Shown: in pieces, positions 43,843 to 53,967 of the stretch
Layout: each line of letters opens with the position of its first letter
How positions within the stretch are numbered: the first letter of the stretch is position 1
Assembly (NCBI GenBank): GCA_016722575.1
Contig: JADKIY010000001.1
Span: 768,887-832,886, forward strand
Reading direction: 5' to 3'
Length of the DNA stretch: 64,000 nucleotides
Source: Elusimicrobiota bacterium
GTDB taxonomy: Bacteria; Elusimicrobiota; Elusimicrobia; FEN-1173
Notes under the pieces: model-generated
What the model saw: the letters and a program-made list of their open reading frames with translations, nothing else
Database searches by the model: none
What the model was told of the DNA's origin: nothing
Program-made: the position numbers and the translations under genes

Positions 43843-44874
43843 ATGACCGACCCCACTTCCTATTCCAACAACCCCTCGGCCGGCCGTCTGGAGGCCCTCG
43901 CGAGCCGCGTCGGCCCCTCGGCGGAGGCCATTCGGCGCCACCCCTGGGCCTTTTTGGCCGCCGCTTTTCTGGCCGCCGCGATTTCCACCGCCTTGGCCAC
44001 CTATTGGATCATCGGGGGATTGATTCACAGCCGCCAGGCCGTCACCGTGCCGGACTTGACGGGCAAAAACCTGGAAACGGCCTTGGACCTTCTGGGGCCC
44101 CTTCGTTTGTCCCTGGCCAAAGACGCCGTCCAAATCGACGAAAATTTTCCGCCCGGCGCCATCCTGCGCCAGGTGCCTCCCGCGGGCATTAAAGTCCGGG
44201 AGGGGAAAGTGGTCCACGTCACGCTTTCCTCCGGTGGCCAAGTGCTCTTCGTCCCCGAATTGACCGGCACGACGTTGACGGAGGCCCAGAACCGTCTCCG
44301 CTCCGCGGGGCTCGTGCTCGGGGCCATGTCCCAGGCCTATTCGACGCAAAGAGAAGCCGGGTGGGTCATGGAGCAATCCCCGCCCATCGGGGCCGTCATC
44401 AAGCCCGGGTCCATGGTGGATTTGAAGGTGTCCAAGGGACCGCCCCCCGAAGGCACCACCCTCATGCCGGATTTCATCAACCGGCCATTCGGGTTGGCGC
44501 GCCAATGGGCCAAAGACGCGGGCGTGGAAGTGAAATCGACGGAGGAATTGTCGCCCACCCTGCCCGGACTCGTGTTGAATCAGACCCCCGCGCCGGACAC
44601 GCCGCTCGCCGAAAAGGCGGCCGTGACGTTCGTGGTGGCCAAGTCGAGCTCGACCGCCGCGGCCGACGTGAAGTTGATCCGCTACGAGATTCCCCCTGGA
44701 ACCGAGCGCGTGCAGGTGCGCATCGTGCTGCGGGACGACGACGGGGAAAAAGAGGTTTACCAGTCCCAGCAGAACGCGGGGTCCGCGGTGGAAGTCGCCG
44801 TGGCGCCCAAGGGCGCCGCCCGGGCCCGTATTTTCGTCGACGGCGTGTTGATCGAAGAACGCCCCCTGCCGTAA
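43843..44874 (+). CDS. PASTA-domain protein with no kinase domain (TM anchor + three PASTA repeats + C-terminal beta-rich domain)
   Basis: TM helix (WAFLAAAFLAAAISTALATYWIIG) then three units of ..VPDLTG.....A...L........, the PASTA pattern. No Ser/Thr kinase catalytic motifs. Confidence 0.8.
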   Translation: MTDPTSYSNNPSAGRLEALASRVGPSAEAIRRHPWAFLAAAFLAAAISTALATYWIIGGLIHSRQAVTVPDLTGKNLETALDLLGPLRLSLAKDAVQIDENFPPGAILRQVPPAGIKVREGKVVHVTLSSGGQVLFVPELTGTTLTEAQNRLRSAGLVLGAMSQAYSTQREAGWVMEQSPPIGAVIKPGSMVDLKVSKGPPPEGTTLMPDFINRPFGLARQWAKDAGVEVKSTEELSPTLPGLVLNQTPAPDTPLAEKAAVTFVVAKSSSTAAADVKLIRYEIPPGTERVQVRIVLRDDDGEKEVYQSQQNAGSAVEVAVAPKGAARARIFVDGVLIEERPLP

Positions 44875-45557
44875 TGCCCCGCCCGCCGTTCCCCGCTCTG
44901 GCCCCGTCCATCCTCTCGGCCGATTTCGCCCATCTGGCCGACGACGTTCGCACGGTGGAAAAGGCCGGCGCCGACTGGCTGCACGTCGACGTCATGGACG
45001 GCCATTTCGTGCCCAATTTGACCATCGGTCCCGTGGTCGTGCATTGGCTGAAGAAATGCACCCAACTCCCCCTGGACGTTCACCTGATGATCGAACACCC
45101 GGAAAAATACATCCCCGCCTTCGCCCAGGCCGGGGCCTGGAACATTACGGTCCATCGGGAAGCCTGCCGTCGCCCCGCCGAGGTTTTGCGCCTCATTAAA
45201 AAGCACGGGTGCCGGGCGGGGATGTCCGTCCGCCCGAAGACCCCCATTCGGGAGGTTGCCCCCTACTTGAAAAATTTGGACGTGGTCCTGGTCATGACCG
45301 TGGAGCCCGGCTTCGGCGGACAGTCCTTCATGCCGGACATGTTGCCGAAAGTCCGCTGGCTTCGGGAGCATTGGCGCGGGAAACGGAAAGAAGGCCCCTG
45401 GATCGAAGTGGACGGGGGCATCAACGCCGACACCGCGCCTTTGACCGTGCACGCCGGCGCCAACGTGTTGGTGGCCGGCAACGCCATTTTCGGCGCCCCG
45501 AACCCGGGCCGCGCTCTTCAAAACATCCGCCGCCGGGCCGCCGCGCCCGTCCTTTGA
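44875..45557 (+). CDS. rpe: Ribulose-phosphate 3-epimerase
   Basis: LAPSILSADFA...HVDVMDGHFVPN...MTVEPGFGGQ.F....L.KV matches Rpe. ATG overlaps the upstream stop. The six-frame ORF from 44361 is an upstream extension. Confidence 0.9.
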
Positions 45558-46309
45558 CCCTTCCGAAGTTCCTTTCTTCCCCGAGCGATTTAATCCTATT
45601 CCCGGTTCGGGGGGCGCCGCTGTGGGCCCTCGGTTTATTCGTTCTCGGATGCGGTCCCTCGGAGCCGCCGGAACCCGCACCCCGGGCGGTGGCGACCTTG
45701 ACCGCCGAGGAGCGGGATTCCGCGTCGATCATTAAAGAGGAATCCCGGGAATGGTATTTGTGGCACACCCACGGGAATCGGATTCAGCGGGAAGGAAAAT
45801 TCGACGAGGCCCTCTACTGCTACAACCAAGCCCAGGCGGCGTGGCCGAAGACGGGCGAATCCACCGACACGGCCCTTCAAAAGGCCTATTTGTACCTCCG
45901 CCTCAAGGAACCCGCCTGGGCTCTGCGTTACGCCGACCGGTTCGCGGCGCATTTTCCCCGGGACAGCAACCCGCCCTACGTCCGGGCCTTCGCCTATTAC
46001 GATTTGGGGAAGGACGAGGCCGCGCTGGAAGAGGCCGGTCGGTTGGGCAAGGACGATATGGCTCGGCGGATGGTCCAGGGGTTGGTTCAAGCGCGGAAGG
46101 GCGATGCGGCGGCGGGGAACGCCGCGGTGATCGCCGCGTGGACGGACTATTTAAAACGGCACCATCGCTACCCGTCGCCCCCCCGGCCCGAGGACATGGT
46201 TCAAATCAAGTTTTTGACCTGGCCGCTCCTGCCCTTCGACGCCCAGAAAATATTGATTGACGCGCGTTTGGATCCCATCCCCCTCGAAGCCGGCCCGGCC
46301 GCGCGCTGA
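45554..46309 (+). CDS. Putative TPR-like lipoprotein
   Basis: TTG 45554; lipobox LFVLGCG; helical repeat region (ALYCYNQAQAAWP...AYLYLRL...AFAYYDLG). Start codon uncertain. Confidence 0.45.
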   Translation: MTLPKFLSSPSDLILFPVRGAPLWALGLFVLGCGPSEPPEPAPRAVATLTAEERDSASIIKEESREWYLWHTHGNRIQREGKFDEALYCYNQAQAAWPKTGESTDTALQKAYLYLRLKEPAWALRYADRFAAHFPRDSNPPYVRAFAYYDLGKDEAALEEAGRLGKDDMARRMVQGLVQARKGDAAAGNAAVIAAWTDYLKRHHRYPSPPRPEDMVQIKFLTWPLLPFDAQKILIDARLDPIPLEAGPAAR

Positions 46310-46333
46310 TTTTACCGTCGGGCGCGGACGCGC

Positions 46334-48358
46334 CTACCGTTGGACGGCCAGCCTCCCCCGCTGGATCTCACCGCCCGCCTCCACCACGAAATAATACACC
46401 CCCGACCCGACGGGACGTCCGTCGTCCCCCAGCAGGTCCCATTGGGCGGGGCCCCCCTCCACCCGGATTTCCCGAACGCGGTTCCCCGAAACCCCGTAGA
46501 CGCGGATCACGCTTCGGTCGGGCACGTTTCGGAAAAGCATGGGAAGGCCGCCGTGGTCGCCTCCGCGCCAGGGGTTTGGAAAGGCGTCGGCGACGTTCCG
46601 CGGTTCCCCGGGAACGGTGAGCGTCGCGAAGACCCCCTGGCTGAGATTCGTGTAGGAACCGGTGGGTGTGGTTTCCAATTTCAAGGCGCGGACCATATAC
46701 GTGTACGTGTGCCCGGCCTGGGCCCCGTTGTCCCGCCAGCGATGGGCGGCGGTTCCGCCCTCGGGCGTCAGCCGGGCGAAAGGCCCCCGGGGGGTGTCGC
46801 CCCGGAAGACGGCGTATCCCGAAACGGCCGCGTCCGACGAGGGCGTCCAGGTCACCGACCACCGGCCGTCGCTCCGATCGCCCCCCGCGTCGGCGGGGGG
46901 GGCGACCGTGTTCGCTCGAAGAGTGGGATCCCCCAACAACGCCACGTGGATTTGGCCGTGGCCGACGTCCGGGGCGTTTTGGGAAAATCGCGCGCTTTCG
47001 CCCAGGGTTTCCCCCAGGGACATGGCGTGGAATTGCCAATTGGGACGGCCCGGCCAGGCCGACGCCAATCCGTACGAGGGCGTGGCCAAGGGCGCCCGAA
47101 GAAAATTGTTGGCGTTGTCCCAGTCGCCGAAGTAGCTCCCGAACAAAAGGGTAAAAACGGTTTTGGGATCGCCCACGGCGAACCCCGCCGTCGTGGTCCC
47201 CACCCCGCTCGCGCTTTGGTAGGTCCCGCCGCCGCAGGCGTAGGTCCACAGATAGGCGTCGCTGGCCAGGGTGGGGAAATATTGATCCGTCCCGACGGCG
47301 GTGATGGACGCGGTGCCCAGGAGGGCGGTGAAGTTGCGCCACCCGTTGGCGGCGAAGGCTTCGCCGCCGAAAACGCCGAACCCGTCGCGGATCAGGCCCC
47401 GTTGGGGCACGGCGGCAAACACCCCGCGGTGGTGGCGGTAATCGTGGTCCTTGTTGAGATAGCCCCGAAGGAGCTCGGTTTCGGTGTGCGGGAAGGCCGG
47501 CAGATTGGAAAGGTCCACGCGCCCGACGCCCAGTTCGACGGCGTCGCCGGACCCGTCGGCCGGCACGATCGTTTGGTCGAATTTCCCGTCCCCGGGCCGG
47601 TTCGTTAACCGGGCGTTGCCGGGCTGGACATAGTTGGCCGTTGCGTCCGTCCAGAGGCCGTCCACGTCCCCGTAATACACGTCCGCCGGCCAGGCGCCCA
47701 GGTGGTTGGAATGTCCGTCGGGGTTGATCGCCCCGGCGTAAGGGATGGGCGCCCGGCCGAACAGAAAGACCTCTTTGACGTGCGAGGGGTCCGCCGTGTA
47801 ATCCTCGACAATCAGGGCCTTCACCTGCCGTTGGAGGGCCCCCGAGGAGGCGAAGGCATCGTCCCGGGGGACGTCGTGGCGGATCACCTTCCACCCATCG
47901 CCGATCAAGTCCTCTTCCAGCCGCGCCAGTTCGCTCGACAGGGGGGACGCCTGGGTTTGGTCAACCACCAGGAGAACGGTCCCGCGGTGTTCCACGGGGG
48001 GAAGGTCGAACCCCGCTCGGGCTTCGCCGTATCGGTTGTAGAGGTCGGTTTCAATCGTGTAATCGTAGACGGTTCCCTCCGGGGCGTTGTCGTCCACGAA
48101 CTGCGTGGCGCTCCCGGCGAGGGTGGCGATGGACGGGCCGCGCCCCGTCCCGCTGGTTTGGCGGCGAACGTTGTAACTGCCGGGAGCGGCCGTGGGAGTC
48201 GGCCAGGAAAGGGTGATCTGGCGGGGGCCGGTGCGCCGCGCGGTGACCTGGACGGCGTAGTCCCGGGTGGTGAGCGCCTCCGCGGGCGTCGCGGTCCCCC
48301 AAAGAAACAGGGCAAGGACCGAAAGCGGGCGTAAAAAGGCGGGGGCCGGTGATTCCAT
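46334..48358 (-). CDS. Secreted protein with FN3-like domains and a T9SS-type C-terminal sorting domain
   Basis: Signal peptide (LSVLALFLWGTATPAEA). C-terminal ...FPNPWRGGDHGGLPMLFRNVPDRSVIRVYGVSGNRVREIRVEGG...GSGVYYFVVEAGGEIQRGRLAVQR parallels the CTD of the 1407-2929 protein. Confidence 0.7.
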   Translation of the reverse strand: MESPAPAFLRPLSVLALFLWGTATPAEALTTRDYAVQVTARRTGPRQITLSWPTPTAAPGSYNVRRQTSGTGRGPSIATLAGSATQFVDDNAPEGTVYDYTIETDLYNRYGEARAGFDLPPVEHRGTVLLVVDQTQASPLSSELARLEEDLIGDGWKVIRHDVPRDDAFASSGALQRQVKALIVEDYTADPSHVKEVFLFGRAPIPYAGAINPDGHSNHLGAWPADVYYGDVDGLWTDATANYVQPGNARLTNRPGDGKFDQTIVPADGSGDAVELGVGRVDLSNLPAFPHTETELLRGYLNKDHDYRHHRGVFAAVPQRGLIRDGFGVFGGEAFAANGWRNFTALLGTASITAVGTDQYFPTLASDAYLWTYACGGGTYQSASGVGTTTAGFAVGDPKTVFTLLFGSYFGDWDNANNFLRAPLATPSYGLASAWPGRPNWQFHAMSLGETLGESARFSQNAPDVGHGQIHVALLGDPTLRANTVAPPADAGGDRSDGRWSVTWTPSSDAAVSGYAVFRGDTPRGPFARLTPEGGTAAHRWRDNGAQAGHTYTYMVRALKLETTPTGSYTNLSQGVFATLTVPGEPRNVADAFPNPWRGGDHGGLPMLFRNVPDRSVIRVYGVSGNRVREIRVEGGPAQWDLLGDDGRPVGSGVYYFVVEAGGEIQRGRLAVQR

Positions 48359-48598
48359 GATGGATTTAGGGGATGCAACATTGTGGCCACGGAGGGGAAG
48401 GGCCCCGGGTTAATCACAAGGCGGTTTAGGTAAGGAAATACCCTCTGGAAATCAATTTGTTTTTGCCGTCTCCCCGGCGAAAGCCGGGGCCCGGTTTGAA
48501 AAACCGCTCTCGAAGACTGTGTCACTGACCGGATTCCGGCTTTCGCCGGAAGGACGAACTTATCGACGGAAAATGCCCTTATCTAAACGGCACTGGGA

Positions 48599-49216
48599 TT
48601 AATCGGGCGCCGGGCCCGAAGGAGGTTTTTGAAACCCGCTCGAATATTTTTTCGGCGCGCCCAGGGAGGCGTATCGAGTTTTCAGGGCCGCCAGGGCTCG
48701 CGCGGCCTCCTCGGCGTTGCCGGCCGAACAGAACCGGACCGTTTTCCCGTCGACGTCGAAGGCCAGCCGTCCCGTTTTTCCCAACTTCGAGCGAACCCCC
48801 GCGGGCGGGGTTCCGGTGGGGTCCTCCGCCGCCAAGCGCAGGTTCTTGATCTTCGCCATTTCGTATTCCCGAACCCACCCCTTGCCGAAAAGTTCGTAGG
48901 CCACCTTTATTCGAAGCGCGTCGGCGGTGATTCGCTCCCGCCCGCCCAACATCCAAAGCCAAAGGGCCAGGGCGAAACCGCCCCCGGCCGTCCAGCCCGT
49001 CAACCACAACAGGAGGAACAGCCGGGCCGGGATCGGCGTTTTGGAGTGGAAGAGCGCTTTGACGGCCGCCGCTTCCCCCGCGGCCCATCCGCACAGCCAA
49101 AAAGACAGAAAGAGAAGGAGGGGCCACACTCGCTGGACGGAAACGACGATTTCCAAGCCCAGGGGCGTGTCGTTGATTTGAAGTCGTGCGGCGGTCGAGG
49201 CGGCGGGGGTGTCCAT
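48599..49216 (-). CDS. Hypothetical membrane protein
   Basis: 205 aa with two TM helices (WPLLLFLSFWLCGWAAG; LFLLLWLTGWTAGGGFALALWLWML). Last gene of the AsmA-like operon. Confidence 0.5.
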   Translation of the reverse strand: MDTPAASTAARLQINDTPLGLEIVVSVQRVWPLLLFLSFWLCGWAAGEAAAVKALFHSKTPIPARLFLLLWLTGWTAGGGFALALWLWMLGGRERITADALRIKVAYELFGKGWVREYEMAKIKNLRLAAEDPTGTPPAGVRSKLGKTGRLAFDVDGKTVRFCSAGNAEEAARALAALKTRYASLGAPKKYSSGFQKPPSGPAPD

Positions 49217-49263
49217 GGCGTTTTAAGGATAGACCGGGAACGGCGAACGGCCAACCCCCGGGG

Positions 49264-51645
49264 TCACTTTTTTTTGAATAGTTTTTGAAGGGATTTCAGG
49301 CCTTGATCGACGGCTTTGTCCACGGCGTTGGACCCTCCGTTGTCGCCCGCGCCCGGCGCGCGGTATTTTTCGAGGCTTTTCTGAAGAAGGTCCTTGGCGG
49401 CGTTTTTGGCCGCCTGGGAGAAATCCACGGAAATCTTGGGGTCCGTGAGGGGCCCCGTGATTTTGGCGGTCAAGGTCGGACGGCCGTCGGGGCCGGAGGT
49501 CCAGTCGCCCAAGCTCCCGCCCAGGGACCCGGCCGGCAATTTGATCGTGGCCCGAAGGTCCGAATCGTAATCCGTCAAACGAACCCGGCCTTTGGCCGAG
49601 AGATCCGTTTGGTCGCTTTCCACGGCCAGGTCCTCGGTGGTCAACAGGCCCCGGTCGATTTTCAAATGCCCCCCGAGGGTTTTGTAAGTCAGATCGGCGG
49701 AATCTTTTTTCATGAGCTTGTTGATTTTTTCCGCCAGGGGGAGGTTGCGGATTTTTCCGTCGGAGGCAGAGAGCGTCAGGGCGCCGCTCAGTTGCCCCAG
49801 GTCGGGGCCGAGATCGGTCAACAGCCCCTTGAGTTGGAAGTTTTTCCCCAGGTAATAGGGGTGGGTTGCCTCGCCGATTTTGATGGACCCTTCGGCCCGG
49901 GCAATGGGCGCGGGACCCGAGGGACCGGCGGGGGCCGCGGAGGATTCCGTCGTAGCGGTCGAGCTGAAAATTTCCTGAACCTTGGCCAGATCCAGTCGGT
50001 CCAACTTAAAGTCGTACGTCAATTCCGGTCGGGAGAAGCGCCGGGCGGTGAGGGCCAGGGAAAAAGGAGACCCGAGAAATTTTCCCTTGAAATCCTTGAG
50101 AGTCGCGTCGTCCTCTGAAAAGGCGACCGATCCGCCCAGGCTTTCCAGGGAGGCGCCGGGAAGCGGAGTCAGGCCCACGCCGGACAGGACGGCGTTCCCC
50201 TTGGCCTGGGGGGCCGCCGTGGTGCCCTGGATTTTTGCGTTCAGGGAAATTTTTCCCCGGGGGGAGTAGTCCCGGAGGGCCGGGACGAGGGCCGCCGCGG
50301 GACCCAAATCCAGGGCGGGGGCGCTGACGGTGAAATCCAGAAGGGATTGGTTCTTGGAGGCCCGCAGAGCCCCTTGGCCGTCAATCGCGCCCACGGGGCT
50401 TTCCAATTTAAAGGACTTGAGAACGGTGGCCGCGGCGTCCCAGGCGCCGGCGGCCGTGATTTTCAATAGGGATTTGGCCGGCTTCACAAAGGAATCGCCG
50501 TAGCGGAGCTCGGCCTCGCTTAAGTCCAGGTTGACGGAGAAACCCAGGCGGTCCGCCGTGCCCTGGGCCGCGAGGGACCCCGACAGGGGGCCCGTGAGCC
50601 CCGCGCCGCCGTTTTGCGAAGGGTATTGGAGGCGTGTGGGGGACGCTTTGGCGTCGAAGGAAAGGGGCGTGGCCTGGGGTTTCGCCCGGGCGTCGATCGT
50701 GAAGTCCAAGTCGAGGTCCTTGGTGTGGACGGTCAATGGCCCCGTCAGGGCGACATTCTCCAGGGATCCATTGACCTTCAAATCGCCTTTGACCGAAGCG
50801 CCCTTGGCTTCGGCCGGCAGGGCCACCCAGGGGGACAGGGAATCGGCCAAAAAGGGCGAGAGCCCCAGGGCGATGTCGAATTGGGGGGCGGCGAAATGTT
50901 GGACGGTTCCCGCCAGGGTCACGGTGGAATCTCCCAGGCCCAGGACGGTTTTTCGGAGTCGAAGGCTCTCGCCCGGCAGGTCCAGGCGGCTGTCGACGGA
51001 AACGCGCGCGCCGACGGCCTTGCCCTGGGTCTGGCCGGTGAGCTCGGCGGAGAGGACGATGTCAAAGGGGGTGGCCAGGGAGACGTTGGTGAGGTCCAGC
51101 GTGAGATCCTTCACCGTCAGGTCGTCGCCGCGAACCGCGTCGTCCCAGCGAACCTGCCCTCGCCGAAGGGTGACCTTGCGGACGAAGAAGGCCGCCCGGG
51201 AGGGTTCCACCGCCGGGGTGGGCCGGGGCGCGGGGGCCGGGGCGCTGGAGGCGGTCAAATCGTCGATGCTTAAAACGCCGTCGGCCCGCCGGTGGAGGAC
51301 CACCCGGGGGGATTCGATGAAGACGGAACGGACCACGATCCGGCCCGACAGAAGCATGAAGAGATTGGGTTGAACCGACAGGCGCTCCGCCGAAAAGAAA
51401 ACCCCGGCCGGAAATCCCGCCCGTTCCTGGATCGAAAGTTTGGAAACGTCCAGTCCCGAGAGGCCCAGGTGGATTTCCCCCAAGTCCACTTGGCGGTGGA
51501 GGTTGTCCCCGGCCCACTTCAGGGCCAGGGCGCGGAGCTTCTCCGGCGGGTAGCGCAATTTGATGAACACCGCCGCGGCGGCCAGCAGGACCACCGGCGT
51601 CAGGAGCACGGCAATCAATACGGTGCGAAATCGAGGGAACTTCAT
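49264..51645 (-). CDS. AsmA-family outer-membrane assembly protein
   Basis: N-terminal anchor (TVLIAVLLTPVVLLAAAAVFI) then an extended beta-rich repeat architecture with ...LSGRIVV.SV.IESPRV.L.R..DG... motifs typical of AsmA-like proteins. Confidence 0.7.
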   Translation of the reverse strand: MKFPRFRTVLIAVLLTPVVLLAAAAVFIKLRYPPEKLRALALKWAGDNLHRQVDLGEIHLGLSGLDVSKLSIQERAGFPAGVFFSAERLSVQPNLFMLLSGRIVVRSVFIESPRVVLHRRADGVLSIDDLTASSAPAPAPRPTPAVEPSRAAFFVRKVTLRRGQVRWDDAVRGDDLTVKDLTLDLTNVSLATPFDIVLSAELTGQTQGKAVGARVSVDSRLDLPGESLRLRKTVLGLGDSTVTLAGTVQHFAAPQFDIALGLSPFLADSLSPWVALPAEAKGASVKGDLKVNGSLENVALTGPLTVHTKDLDLDFTIDARAKPQATPLSFDAKASPTRLQYPSQNGGAGLTGPLSGSLAAQGTADRLGFSVNLDLSEAELRYGDSFVKPAKSLLKITAAGAWDAAATVLKSFKLESPVGAIDGQGALRASKNQSLLDFTVSAPALDLGPAAALVPALRDYSPRGKISLNAKIQGTTAAPQAKGNAVLSGVGLTPLPGASLESLGGSVAFSEDDATLKDFKGKFLGSPFSLALTARRFSRPELTYDFKLDRLDLAKVQEIFSSTATTESSAAPAGPSGPAPIARAEGSIKIGEATHPYYLGKNFQLKGLLTDLGPDLGQLSGALTLSASDGKIRNLPLAEKINKLMKKDSADLTYKTLGGHLKIDRGLLTTEDLAVESDQTDLSAKGRVRLTDYDSDLRATIKLPAGSLGGSLGDWTSGPDGRPTLTAKITGPLTDPKISVDFSQAAKNAAKDLLQKSLEKYRAPGAGDNGGSNAVDKAVDQGLKSLQKLFKKK

Positions 51646-52001
51646 TTGATCTTTTCCTCCGTGATTTTGAGCGAGGCGTCCAGGTCGGCCAGGGCGGCTT
51701 CAGCGTCGTCCTGGGCCCGGGGCCGGTGGGTTTGGTTGGCGGCCCTCAGGGTTTCCAATTTCATGGCCGCCACGGTGCGGAACTCCTCCAAGTCGTCCAG
51801 GGCCCGGTTGATTTCCCGGCGATTGCGGTGGGCCGTGTTGTCCGCGCGCTGGCGGAGGCGTTCGGCTTGCTGGGTCCGGGCCTTCAAGCGCAAATCCAAT
51901 TCCGCCACGCTGGCCCGCGCGGGGGGCGCCGGTTGAGGGGCCCGGCATCCCGACGGGGCCAGGAGGCTTAGGGCAAACCAAAAGATCCGTCGACGCTTCA
52001 C
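51642..52001 (-). CDS. Coiled-coil lipoprotein, hypothetical
   Basis: Lipobox LLAPSGC; overlaps the AsmA-like start by 4 nt. Confidence 0.5.
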   Translation of the reverse strand: MKRRRIFWFALSLLAPSGCRAPQPAPPARASVAELDLRLKARTQQAERLRQRADNTAHRNRREINRALDDLEEFRTVAAMKLETLRAANQTHRPRAQDDAEAALADLDASLKITEEKIK

Positions 52002-52933
52002 GGGGTCCGTCGGGGCCGGGGGGTCAGGCCGATTTTCTTAAGTTGGGCCTCAAACCCGGGCCCGTTCATCTGCCAATAGGCGAGCCGGTCCGCCCCCCGC
52101 AGCTCCCCCTTTTCCCCGTCGGAAACCGTCCATTGGACGAGGCGCCGGGCGCCGGTGCTTTCCACGCAAAAAGTCCATTTTCGTCCTTCCGGGAGATCGG
52201 CGGTGAGGACGTCAACGGTGAAGGTCCCGGCGGGAACCGTGACGCGCCGCGGCGCCGACCCTCGGGCCAGAGTGCCGGCCCCCCACTCCACGGGTTTGTG
52301 AAATAGCCGCGCCGTCGCCAGGGAACGGAGCACCGGAAGGGTTTTTCGTTCCCCCGGTTGGAGGAAGGGCGCCGCCAAGCCCCGGGCCCAAAGGGGCAAG
52401 ACGTCTTCGCTCAGTCCCCCCGGGGGAATTTGATGGCGGTGTTCCCCGTCGCCCTCCCCGTCGAAATAACTGCGCCAGCTTTCGTCCACAAAGCCGTCCC
52501 GGAAATTCAGCTGGTGGAACACCTGGCCGCACCATTCCTGGGCGGAAAACGCGATCTTGGCCGGGGCCCCGGCCGGGCGACCGCCGGCGGGGGCCAGCCC
52601 GACGAAGGCGCTGGTCATTAAATTGTAATCGTAAAGGCCGGTGGAAAAATCCCGCATTAAGTTGAGTTTCATCACCTGGAATTCATCGGAGGCGGGATGT
52701 CGCCCGGGGTCGGCTTTGACCTGAAGGGATTCGGAAAAGGGTTCGGTCACGAAGACCGCCACGGCCACGCCCCGGCGTGGGTGCCCATAGCGGGGGAAAA
52801 CCAAATCGTAGCCCGCCACCTCGGCCTTGCCGTCGCCCCAGGTTTTCCAAAAGGCGTCGTTGTCGGGGGAGTTCCCGGCCCGGGCCACCGGGAGGGCGAA
52901 CAAGGCGGTCAGCAAAAGCGCGGCCTGTTTCAT
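51998..52933 (-). CDS. Secreted hypothetical protein
   Basis: Signal peptide MKQAALLLTALFALPVARA. First gene of the four-gene minus-strand operon. Confidence 0.5.
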   Translation of the reverse strand: MKQAALLLTALFALPVARAGNSPDNDAFWKTWGDGKAEVAGYDLVFPRYGHPRRGVAVAVFVTEPFSESLQVKADPGRHPASDEFQVMKLNLMRDFSTGLYDYNLMTSAFVGLAPAGGRPAGAPAKIAFSAQEWCGQVFHQLNFRDGFVDESWRSYFDGEGDGEHRHQIPPGGLSEDVLPLWARGLAAPFLQPGERKTLPVLRSLATARLFHKPVEWGAGTLARGSAPRRVTVPAGTFTVDVLTADLPEGRKWTFCVESTGARRLVQWTVSDGEKGELRGADRLAYWQMNGPGFEAQLKKIGLTPRPRRTP

Positions 52934-53151
52934 CGACGGAATTTTATCATTTTGGACCGCCGATCGAAGGCCCCGGCGGGAAGGGAGGGACGGCGACGTT
53001 GTCCCGGATCAACGGCGGTTTCCCCTTGCCGTCACTCCATTTTCCCTTTACTCTTTAGGAACGCCCCCGGAGCGATTCCCGGGGCCGGGGTTATAAAAAT
53101 AGGATCGGTCTGTAATCGTTTTTTTCCGGAGATCGATGATAGAATCCCCCC

Positions 53152-53733
53152 ATGAAGAAAAGGCCCAACGAAGGGACAAGTTCTTACGAAATGCTTCGCC
53201 GAGCTCTTTCGGGATTGGGGATAAAAAGAGTCGCCCGGGAGTTGAGAATTTCCGCGGCCCTCCTGTATAAATGGTGCCAACCGCCGCGCGCCAACGCCGA
53301 GGGGTTGGAGGGGAGCGGGGCCTTGAACCCCCTGGACCGTCTGGATCAAATCATCGGGTTGACCCGCGACGACGAATTGCTGGCGTGGTTGTGCCAACGG
53401 TCCGACGGGTTTTTTGTGACGAACCCCTCCCCGCCGAAGCGGGAGCAATCCCTGGAATTGATGACGGAGATTCAACGTCTGGTCAAGGAATTCTCCGATA
53501 CCCTGGACGCCATATCCCGGTCCTGCCTGGAGGACAAGGAAATCGACGGAACGGAAGCCCGCCGGATTCGCCGGGAATGGGAGCCGCTCAAGCGGGTCGG
53601 GGAAAGCTTTGTGCGGTCTTGCGAATCCGGACGATATTTTAAAAACGGGAAACGGAAGAACGTGAAAAGACCGGGATCCGTCGAGTCCGGGGGGCCCGGC
53701 CGGAAACAAAGCGGTGGCCCGGGGCGGACATAG
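53152..53733 (+). CDS. Putative HTH DNA-binding protein
   Basis: GIKRVARELRISAALLYKWCQ looks like a helix-turn-helix. Basic C-terminal tail. Confidence 0.45.
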   Translation: MKKRPNEGTSSYEMLRRALSGLGIKRVARELRISAALLYKWCQPPRANAEGLEGSGALNPLDRLDQIIGLTRDDELLAWLCQRSDGFFVTNPSPPKREQSLELMTEIQRLVKEFSDTLDAISRSCLEDKEIDGTEARRIRREWEPLKRVGESFVRSCESGRYFKNGKRKNVKRPGSVESGGPGRKQSGGPGRT

Positions 53734-53743
53734 GAGGCGTGCG

Positions 53744-53953
53744 ATGTTTCTGAGAGCCGCGGAATGGGTGGGGTCGGTGTTGATCGTCTGTGTTTTCGCC
53801 ACGCAGATCTTTTTGCCCCTGGTCCGGGGCACGCCGTTCTTTCCCTTTTTTAGGCGAGAGAGATCCCTGGAAGGGGCGTTGAAGGACGCCCGGCAGGAAG
53901 CGGCGGAAAAGCGCGTGGAATCGGAAATCGAAAAAATCAAGAAAGATCGGTAA
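53744..53953 (+). CDS. Small single-TM membrane protein
   Basis: ATG 53744 with AGGAGG 7 nt upstream. MFLRAAEWVGSVLIVCVFATQIFL... Immediately precedes the SPFH gene. Confidence 0.45.
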   Translation: MFLRAAEWVGSVLIVCVFATQIFLPLVRGTPFFPFFRRERSLEGALKDARQEAAEKRVESEIEKIKKDR

Positions 53954-53967
53954 AAGGAGAAATCGAA

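Noticed and set aside
46340-47894. Plus- and minus-strand alternative-frame ORFs (46340-47608 +, 46368-47894 -) over the FN3/CTD secreted protein gene
   Set aside because: The 46334-48358 minus frame has a signal peptide, FN3-like segments and a CTD homologous to another gene; the alternatives are Arg/Gly-rich.
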